DNA of 61,640 nt, filler included, from Intoshia linei (Eukaryota; Animalia; Orthonectida): assembly GCA_001642005.1 (NCBI GenBank). It is 5 parts of 5 records of this genome, joined end to end, with 100 filler letters (N's around TTAATTAATTAA, not from the genome) between each part and the next. Parts side by side here need not be neighbours in the genome. Positions count along the whole stretch, not along the records: positions 46,709 to 54,272 come from LWCA01001538.1; positions 54,373 to 61,640 come from LWCA01001580.1; 3 more parts are not named here. One strand, given 5' to 3'. Under the pieces are notes generated by a model. It did no database searches. It saw only the letters and a program-made list of their open reading frames with translations, and was not told the origin of the DNA. Below are positions 52,139 through 61,640 of the stretch, in pieces. A program made the translations under genes and the position numbers. How positions within the stretch are numbered: position 1 is the stretch's first letter; each line of letters begins with the position of its first letter.

Positions 52139-54237
52139 TTATAAATTGTTTATCCAAAATTTGGCGCGGTGGTCTTCTCCGCAGCTGACAAATGCAGGAA
52201 ATGTAGGTGAATGTACCAAATAGTTTACGATTCCAGTATGAGCTATTAGTAAATAATATATAAACACGATAACAAATAATTTACTGAGAGACGATAAATT
52301 TAATCGTTCTGATGTACGCGCATTCCAAGTGCATAATGTACCTGTTTTAGCTTCACAATATACAACTAAATTGACGTGGATAAAGAATATCATTTAATTT
52401 TAAAAATTACTGTATTTTTCGTCGTGGTTGAAACATGCATTAGTTGGTAAATTTTGGACTCCTATTGATTGCGCTCCAGCGTATTCGATTATAGGCAATT
52501 CGATGGATCTAGAATCCCATAATTTTACCATTCCACCTATACCACTTGTTAGGTAGTACTATACAATAAATTTTATTAATAAAATATAAAAAATTGTGTA
52601 CACTAAACTAGTGTGTTTAACTTAGTTTTTTTAAAATCAGTACAGTACAATTAAGTACTTGTAAAATTTTTAAAACTCAGTAAAAAGTATTTTGTTAAAA
52701 TTTACTTTACATCACAAACAATTACACAATACTACCAATATACAATTTATAATTATTTTAATGTTCAATTTTGAAAAATGAGACACCGATTTTATAAAAA
52801 TTTCAATATTCCCTCCCCCCGAAGGAGGCTCGGTATGGTATGTTCGGCAATGCTCGAAGGATTTGGTAAAATTATATTTTTTTAATAAATATAGATAAAA
52901 GGGGATTGTTCACATAAGGATTTGTAAAATTTTATTTTTTATTGTGTATTAAAATAAGAGTTTTTTTTGTCATAAGATTTGGTGAAATCGAATTTTTCAA
53001 AAAAAATTGGATAAAGGGGATTTTTTATTTTAGGGTTGGATTAATTGGATTTTTCAAAAAAATTTTGGAAAAAGGGGATTTTTGGGAAAAGAGGATTTTT
53101 CTCTTAAGAATTGGTAAAATTTAAGTTTTTATTTTGGGGTTGGATTAAGTGTCTTTTTTAAAAAAAATTTGGAGAAAAAAGATTTTGGCCTTAAGGGTTG
53201 GTTAAATTGGATTTTTTATATTAGGGTTGGATTAAGTGGATTTTACCGTTAAGGGTTGGCTAAATTTGATTTTCTATTTTGGGATTGATCTAAGTGGATT
53301 TTTCAAAAAAATATGGGTAAAAGTCGACTTTACCCTGAAGGTTTCAAATGGTATAAAATCTCAACATTTTGCAATTCTGCAAAATCAAAGTAAAATATTT
53401 AAATAAAGTTACTAATTTTATAAAACTCACAAGTCAGAATTTTTTTTGAAAAAACGAAATACATGTAGTAGGATGAATTAGTTACATTCGAATAACGTAT
53501 GTTTAAGGATGTATATTATATATGTTATAGGCAAATTTCAAATTCAAATTTTTTATTTATTCTTAAATGTTTGTATTGTTATAGTTAATTTAAGAATCAT
53601 TTAATTTAATTGATTTTCAAGTTATTTATTTAGATACAGATCCTAGTTAAAACTGAAATATTAAGATTAACTATTTACCTACAAACCATTTTACAAAAAA
53701 ATTAAAAATATTCTTAAATTTTTAAAGAGAATATTTTTAAATTCATTTTAAATTTCAAATCAAATTTAATTAGGTTAAATAGCAACTTAACTGTTTGCTT
53801 GTCAAAATTTGAAAATTTCCTGTAACATATACAATGTATAAATGTATATTATACATTAATATTTTTAGTTCAATTTTGCATTCTATAAATTTAAATGGTT
53901 ACCAAGTCATTTTTAGAGTAAACAGCTGAGGTTACCGGTTTACCATCGTGTGCTCTTTTGACAGTAGAAGTACACCTGTTGGATCTGCCATCCCATATTT
54001 TGAAACTTCTAATTTTTATTCATCATTAATAATATGGAATTAAAAATAAAAAAATTACCCGTCCTGTGAAGTAGTTAGATACTGACCACCATTACTGCTA
54101 TATACCATCTATAATTGATTATTGAGTGAAAAAAATGGAAATATTAAAAAATCTTACACTATTAATAAAATCTTCGTGTTGATCTTTCATATTTGGCGAA
54201 ACGTAAGAGCAGTATGTGTTTAGGTTGTACAATCGGA
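52139..54237 (-). CDS. CSTF1: Cleavage stimulation factor 50-kDa subunit, 3' exons
   Basis: VRLYNLNTYCSYVSPNMKDQH; TTSQDG..KIWDGRSNRC..F.RAHDG; YLTSGIGGMVKLWD; ACFNHDE; WNARTSERLNL..HSPTFPAFVSCGEDHRAKFW. Confidence 0.88.
52855..53340 (+). repeat. ~29-bp minisatellite array in a CSTF1 intron
   Basis: Repeated ttaagggttgg.taaattggatttt / gggttggattaagtgg units. Confidence 0.65.
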
Positions 54238-54272
54238 CTAAATACAAAATAAATCAATACATAACAATTTTC

Positions 54273-54372
54273 NNNNNNNNNNNNNNNNNNNNNNNNNNNN
54301 NNNNNNNNNNNNNNNNTTAATTAATTAANNNNNNNNNNNNNNNNNNNNNNNNNNNNNNNNNNNNNNNNNNNN
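54273..54372. other. Artificial contig spacer
   Basis: N44-TTAATTAATTAA-N44. Confidence 0.97.
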
Positions 54373-54685
54373 AGAAATAAAAGTTACTAGAAACCTACAT
54401 ATCTTTTAATGCTTTTATTAATACTCGATGAAATAAGACTCTAAGTTTCCAACATATAGTATTCCCTGTTTTCTAAACAGGGGTCCTAAATTTTTTTTAT
54501 CGCTTCGCTCGAAATTTTAAAGGGCCCGGCCCTTTGCTTAACCCATGGCCCGAAGTGGCTTAAGACGGCTCTGATTGACTAACCTGTAATAATAACTAAC
54601 TTATAAATAACCTTCCATTGTAATGTATAATCACTTAAGAAAAATGAGTAACATCTCTAAGGATTAATATATTAAATTTAAATAC

Positions 54686-57600
54686 TTGAGCTTGAGTAAC
54701 TCCTCCAACTTCCTCATATCTGTCGGTTAATTCCTCTAGTTCGTGAGTTATTTCTACTTTTTGACGCTCTACTTTGTTTTTAATAGTTTTCAAATTTTCG
54801 ATATCTTCTTCGTTTTCTTCAATTTTACTCTAATATTATGTAAATATTTGATATTCTAAAGACATTAAAAAAATGTATACCATTAAATTTTTTATTTTTT
54901 TATTTTGCTGATTAATGATGGATTGTTCCTCCTCAATTTTTCCATTTAACATACTGATATCCTGTTCTTTGCTACATTTATAAATTAAAATATATCAGCA
55001 ATTATTACCCTCTAAAATTATCCACAAGCATTCGTTGATCTTTTTCCAATATTTCAAAGGCCGACTGGAGTTGCTTTAATTCATTATCAACACGTCGTTT
55101 CGATTTTTCTAAATCGGATTTAAATTTCTTTTCTTTATTCAATTGGTTTTCAATCTATTAAATTATTTTTACATTGTTACATTTTGAATTTTGAAAATAT
55201 ACATTTTATGATTATATCATGATACGGACGATGCAGATGGGCTAGAGACAGATAAACTTGGCCTATAACCACGAGTGGTTACTATTTTACAATTACCACG
55301 TGGACCGGGCCTACTGCTGGCTCTCCATGTCCCTGGTCATGATGAGCTAACGATTATAATATTATACATTATTTAAATTTTTTTCTATGTTCTGTCTCGC
55401 TTTATTACTTTCACTTAATCTTTCTTGTTCTTCAACAAATGAAGATTGAGTCTCTTTTTCCATTTTTTCCATTTTTTTGAAATCTCGTTGTAATCGAATA
55501 AAATGTTCATCTTTTTGTGATAATTCAGTTTCCAATTTAATAATTTCTTTTTCCTTAGTCTTTTTATCATGTTCTAACTACAAAGTGTTTTTAGTATAAT
55601 TTAATAGATAATTGTTATTTAAATCTTAAATGTGAACCTTCTTGATTGTATTCAAAGCATCTTCTAAACTGATCATTGTATTGTCTAATTCTGTCTGTAA
55701 TTTTTGTTTTTCAGAGTTTAATGAGTCAATGTTAGTTTCTTCCGATTCTACTCTAGATTCTAAATCACGAATATATTCGTCAAGTTCCATTTTTTTAGTT
55801 AAAAGCTGTTCAATGTGTTCATCCAAATCACCAATTCTTTCGTGTTCAATTTCTAATTCCAGTTGCAAGTCCTTTTTAGCTGTGGATAGTTCCACACTCT
55901 TGGCTTCAACTTCACGTGTATGTTTTTGTAATTTTTCGTGATCTTCTTTCAACTTTTCAAACATTTCTGCTGCCTTTCTCATTTCATCTTCTTGTCGAGC
56001 AACGCTCAGTAACGGTTTTACTCGCAAGTAAAATCTCCACCACGTCCAATTTCTTAAACATAACCAACTTCGTATATTTCTTTGTATAACACTAAGTGCC
56101 GTTCTAAAAATTATAATAAAATAAGTATTACACGTATACTGCTACTGGAAATATATAATAATATAATAATAAAACATTATTTATAATTAAATTTTCATGA
56201 TAAACCTTTGATCTTGTAACTTTTTGTAACCTTTTCTAACCATGTATGATCTTATCCAGGCTTGGAATAGCATGACAATCTTGCTTAATCTTTCGTCCCT
56301 AAGTTCTTCCAACTTTCCCAAAATACTGGCTCTGAAGAAAATTTTAGTATCACCCAATCGATAGGTATCCTTTTCCAACGGTAAAGATTCCATAATTTTT
56401 CCTGTTGCAATCTTACTATCAACGAATCCTGATCGAGGCACAGCATTTGGGCATAATATTGAATATCTTTGTTTAAATTCCGAATATAACAATCTGTTTG
56501 GAAAACCTTTTCGACAAATTCGTATTCCTTCCAATACTCCGTTACATTTTAGTTGATTCATTACTAGCGTTGCATCGATTAATCCTATACATTTTATTCA
56601 GTTTAATGTGCATTTAATTCAATTATTATTACCTGGTTGTTTCTTTTCATTAGGTATAATACATCGCACAAAAAGTGGAGATGTCATTTGAAGCTGTCTC
56701 ATTAATTTGTTTAATTGTTCCTAAAATAAATAATATTTTTTCATCTGTATATGCTTATTACAATAATTATGATATTCATTATTCTATTTATATTTAACAT
56801 AAATTAATATTAATAAATACTTATATATAATAAATAATAAATGTACCTTATATATATAAAATTTGTTGAATATAATTTATAACCTTATGTGTAGCTGATA
56901 TCGTTTGAACAGAACCACCCTTTTTCTTTCCTTTACCCTTACTTTCTAATTTTATTAGGTCAGAATAATTACATTATTACAGTGTTGTAAACTATTATAC
57001 GGTCTATTGTGCAACACTATATGAACTAATTTACAGGGATATGAATGTAATATAGTCCGTATAAAGTTCCACAATAATTCATTTCTAAGTGCACATTGTG
57101 CACTAGAATGTCACACCTATCAAAGAATCAAGGGCAATTAGCACTAAAAGTGTGTAATTTTAAAATAGAAAAACTACTTCGCAATCAAAAACATTTAACG
57201 CTCTCTATTCGAGTTGCGTTTGTCATTTTAAATATCACTGTATAAATATTATGGAAAAATTAAAACTGAATTTTATTTTAACGGGAATTGGCGTTTGAGC
57301 TTTTGACCGTGGTATCGACTTTATAATATTGTTTTCCATATTTAGTTATACAGTGAGATTTAAAATGAAAAACGCAACTCGAAAAGATATCGTTAAATGT
57401 TTTTGAATGCCAATTAGTTTTACTATTTTAAAAATACACAATAATAGTGCTAATTGCCCATCGAATTCTAAAATTTTCCAAAAAATGTGACACGCTATTG
57501 TGCACTGCTCAACATTGTATTATTATATACCGTAATGAAATAATAATACAATTTATGTCATATATAGGAGGTCAGATTCAACATATTTAGCGGGCCAATT

Positions 57601-60600
57601 AAAAAAAATTACGCGAGCGTATAACAAATTTTTTTATTCGCAAATTCGTTTGTAGTGATTTTGCTATAACTGACTTGTGATTTCTAACTGGCAGATTTGT
57701 TATACGTATAAGTAGACATATAATTGTATTTTGAATTGAATAAAAATTTGATAATTAAATCATATTCAACTAGTATATAAAAATCACTTTAACTTATTTT
57801 TTTATTAAAAATTCATTATTTTGCTAACCCTAATAGCTGTCGCTCAGTGTTATTAAAAATAGTTATGATATTCAAGATTATAATTTTTAAGGTCAATTTC
57901 GAAAATAAATCCCGATTTTAGAAAAATTTCGTAAACTGCCGAATAGGAATTTATGGTACGGTGGATTTGGCATTGAGTCTCACTACCAGCGAATTAAAAG
58001 ATTTCTAACCTCTGATACAGACCATGACAATAATAATTGCAAAAATACCTTCTGGAACAACGAACAATGATGCTATAAGTGTGTCTTTTGATGAATGCAT
58101 TGTAGCAATCAAAGTTTCAGTGAGAGGATCCTTATTTTTATCTAACCATCCAGTTATATTGTATCCAACCTATTAAAAATAATAATGAATTATCTCACTA
58201 ATAGAAAACATTTCCAGCATAATGTCCTATTTCAAAATGACTATCATATTTCGAATTTTTTTTAGGTTTTGGTTTAGAAAATGCAATCGTTTTTCCCATA
58301 TGATTTTCGTACAGTTTATTTTGTAGAGTTTGATCCGTAGCTTTGGGAAACAAGCATTCTTCAGCCAGAATAGACAAAATTCCCATTGGCTAAAATTAAA
58401 TTAAACCAAAACTTATATTATTGTGGAATAACTATTGTTAAATATTACAAAATCCATGTATTAAATTATAATAATTACATAACAATAATAATTATTGTAG
58501 GACCTACAATATAGTCAACTTATAGGTTTTAAACAGAATTTTCGTACATTTTTTTTATATTTCAATAACAAATACAGATGTAAAAATCTTTTAATTGACA
58601 AATTCTCATTAATCAAAAACTAACCAATTAATACTTTAAACATCAATTTACATATATATATATATTTACTTTTTCAATTAAGTCAATACACGCCTGTAAG
58701 TCCATTCCAAAATCGATAAAATCCCATTCAATGCCTTCTCGGCTGTATTCTTCTTGTTCTTTAACAAACATGTGATGATTGAAGAATTGCTGAAGTCTTT
58801 CATTGGTATAATTTATTAACAGTTGCTCCAATGTATTTAACTACAAATATAAAATTTAAATAAATTTATATGTAAACTTCGAAAATTTCAAATCCTGCAA
58901 TATCCAAAACTCCAATGAAATACTGTCTTTGTTTTTTAGTGTCCAATGTCTTATTTAAAAATGCAACGATCCAACCAAATATTCTGCAATATATTGCTTT
59001 AGATAAAGCTGAAACTGCTGCCGTCACCTTTAAGATAAAATATAGATTTAATAAAAGGTGACAGAACTACATTATATTCTATTAAAATATTATATCACCT
59101 GTTGTAAATTCTGACCTTTAGTCACATATTCACTTCCAACCTTTACTTTTGGTTGTAACAAAGCCTTTAATAAGTCTTTTGAATTGATGCCAATCATATA
59201 CGCTGCTTTCTCAGCCTCTAATGTGTAAATTGATATATTATTCATTCTTCTGTATAAATAATTATAATTATATATGTACCTGGTGTTGCATCACATTCCG
59301 CTTGTTCTCCTCTCTGTTTAAATCTAATTTGACCAAAATGCAAAACGGCTGCAACCGATTTATACAATGCAAATTTCTCTTCCTCACTAAACCCAAGTAC
59401 TCGGAATGCATCCTAAAAAAGTTTCAATTATCTATAAAAATGGAATCTTTCATTCATATTAACATTATCATGCCAGTATATAATATTATTCCAATTACGT
59501 TAACATTCTTCATTTCTTCTTGGTCGTTTATACCTTCTGCTGTTAGACAACCATTATTTATGAATCTATACTTGGCAGGTTCTGGTTCAAGTAATAACTT
59601 TTCTAGTACATGCAGGATTAATTAAATTTAATTTATATAAAAGGAATGTGGGATGGGATAAGAGGAAACACGCAATTAAATATAATTACATTTGTAGCCT
59701 CCATCTCTGCACCGTCATCCATGCCGTCTACTGTTAAACACCCCTGATTTATAAAATTATACTTTTGAGGATCAGGCTCCAATAATAACTTTTCTTAAAA
59801 TTTTTCAATATATTACAATTTTAATTTATTAATTTTATATATTTATCACTCTATTTTACTGTATACTATATAATAACTTTATGATATGTAATACCCAAAT
59901 AATCAGGATAACGGTTTGATAAAAGCCAATAAAATATATGATAGTTTCTTTCTACCCCAGGTAGCTGATATGATACTCTTGATTTTTCCAATAAATCTAC
60001 ATTTTTTTAATAAATCAACACATTAATTATATCAAATTTTAAATATTTCACTATACATACATGTTTCTATATCACATCCAGCAATTTTCCCTGTTGGTCC
60101 AAAATGAATACGTATAAATTTTCCCTATCATATTATATTCAATAAAATATTTAATTTCATCATATTCTCATATAAATAGTGTATAATAAAACTGCAGTAC
60201 ACTTTAATTATGAAAGTTTCATATAATCAAATATTCGTTAAATGTTTTCAGGTGAAGAATTTTTAAATCGAACATTTTATAAATATAAATTTGATTATAA
60301 ATCATATTATTATAGATGCTTTTAAAATTCATTTTTATAAGTTATTGATGTGCTTTTATAATAATTTATTTTTTTAGAGTAGACCTCAAAATATTTAAAT
60401 GTAGTGTCAATAAAAATGACTTGAAAATTAATGTTTTTATGTGCTTTTATCGAATTTTAGTGTTGTTGAATAAATATTGAATCGCTGATATTGGACATAA
60501 AATTTCCAATTAATTTTGCAATATTATTAACATATATTTAAATATTACAAATCGTGACGAATTATTATTTCTAACAGTTTTCGCATTTCCAAATGCTTCC

Positions 60601-60641
60601 AAAACAGGATTAGTTTGGACGATTTGATCCTCTAACGTTCC
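54686..60641 (-). CDS. Muscle (striated-type) myosin II heavy chain, internal exons from the motor to the proximal coiled coil; both ends missing
   Basis: [80 protein letters not shown] motifs, RVKPLL and heptad repeats. Confidence 0.95.
57085..57510. mobile_element. Foldback/MITE with long inverted arms in a myosin intron
   Basis: gggcaattagcacta...ttcgagttgcgtttgtcattttaaaatatcactgtataa..atggaaaa (~57132-57258) is mirrored by ~57332-57459. Confidence 0.75.
59499..59602 (-). CDS. Myosin alternative exon B (mutually exclusive candidate)
   Basis: AG|..104 nt..|GT encoding (E)[34 protein letters not shown]. Confidence 0.85.
59690..59793 (-). CDS. Myosin alternative exon A (mutually exclusive candidate)
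   Basis: AG|..104 nt..|GT encoding (E)[34 protein letters not shown]. Confidence 0.85.
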
Positions 60642-60722
60642 CTAAATTTGAATTTTAAAGATGAATAGATAATAAAGTTGAACATTGGTTCATACAATAG
60701 TTACAATCGTACATACAGTACA

Positions 60723-61640
60723 TCCTAACTTATATAATATGCTACGCGATTTTTGTTTGTGTGTCTGTCTGTGTGTTCCACTTTATTGAAATAACTAATA
60801 CTATTAGAATTTTTTAAAGACTACATTTCAATTACAGTTTTTTCCGGGACGTATAATAAGATAAATTTCAACCTCCAAGTTCACATCTTACGGGTCAAAA
60901 GACCCTGTTGTCCCTCTTTTTGAAAATCAAACAAGTTGAAGAATTTAAAAAAATATATACGCTGATATTTTTTTATATTTTGATATTGCGGAATTTTTTT
61001 CATTACTACGCAATTTTTAAATTTCAAATTTTCATTTTCAGAACATTTTTATTAAAACATTCAAATTTAAATAAGAAACTAAACAACTAAACTAAAAAAC
61101 TGTGTTAATATGATTTTTATATTACAATCCTTTGGCAATAATGGTAAAATTCGATTGAAATGTTTATAAAGTGAACTCAGTTAATTATTGATACACAATT
61201 GGTATTTTTAAGTATTTATTAAATTGATACTGAATATATGTCATCACATTGAAAATGACAAAATAGGTTTTTATCATTTTATTTTTTCTGGAATTTATGC
61301 TATTTATAACAATATTTAGGATTGGACTGTTTTTACTTTATTTTTAATATTATACACACATTCTGTCTAATAAAATTGGACTGTTTTTACTTTATTTTTA
61401 ATATTATACACACATTCTGTCTAATAAAATTACAAATAAATAGAGTTAATAATTAATACGATAAAAATTGTTTTTAAAATTCTTTACGCAAATGTTAACA
61501 AACAAAAAATTAAGATAGAATAATTCACTTAAAGTAAAAATAATGTGATATGACGGTTTCACCTGAAAAAAGTTTGGGAACCACTTCTTTAAAAGATTGA
61601 TAATAGTGAATAGTAGGATTTTTAAGTTAGATTTTCAACA
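60723..61640 (+). mobile_element. Non-autonomous Helitron-like copy in a myosin intron, running off the window end
   Basis: A|TCCTAACTTATATAATATGCTACG start and (GTCT)n tract. Colinear with the 34364 copy apart from an internal deletion and a ~54-bp tandem duplication. Confidence 0.8.

Noticed and set aside
52855-53340. ~29-bp repeats resembling a CRISPR array or TTAGGG telomeric repeats
   Set aside because: The units are degenerate and contiguous with no unique spacers or cas genes, the context is a eukaryotic intron, and there are no tandem TTAGGG runs.
25157-54372. Four identical TTAATTAATTAA palindromes flanked by Ns, resembling a regularly spaced repeat system
   Set aside because: These are artificial six-frame-stop linkers joining contigs. 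Gene adjacency across them is meaningless, and the truncations of DPH6, VGLUT, the protease, CFAP43, CSTF1 and myosin are assembly effects.
1-61640. Window start and end share ~55 bp, suggesting circularity or terminal repeats
   Set aside because: Both are diverged copies of the Helitron 3' region on different contigs, and the same sequence occurs internally at ~35645 and ~45070.

Overview
This is very AT-rich animal genomic DNA, not prokaryotic, so no operons or CRISPR arrays are expected. The window is five unrelated contigs joined by artificial 100-bp spacers (N44-TTAATTAATTAA-N44). Genes have many tiny GT-AG introns (~34-45 nt) plus a few long introns filled with transposons. Contig 1 (1-25156) holds a pogo/Tigger transposase relic, NASP, GAK/auxilin, SEC11, an unusual CARD-3xPDZ-SH3-GUK MAGUK, the 3' part of DPH6 and a gypsy-type gag. 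Contig 2 holds the 5' part of a vesicular glutamate transporter and a transposon desert. Contig 3 holds the 5' part of a BACE-like aspartic protease and a MULE fragment. Contig 4 holds the 5' part of CFAP43 head-to-head with a FAM81-like gene, and the 3' part of CSTF1. Contig 5 holds the middle of a muscle myosin II heavy chain. The most notable observations are a pair of 104-nt mutually exclusive exons in the myosin motor, the CARD fused directly to a ZO-like MAGUK, a non-autonomous Helitron family that spreads an internal tandem repeat, and an 18-nt microexon behind a GT-AT intron. Tiny introns together with cilia, muscle and synaptic genes suggest a compact-genome invertebrate such as an orthonectid (inference). 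I found no convincing wholly new biological system.
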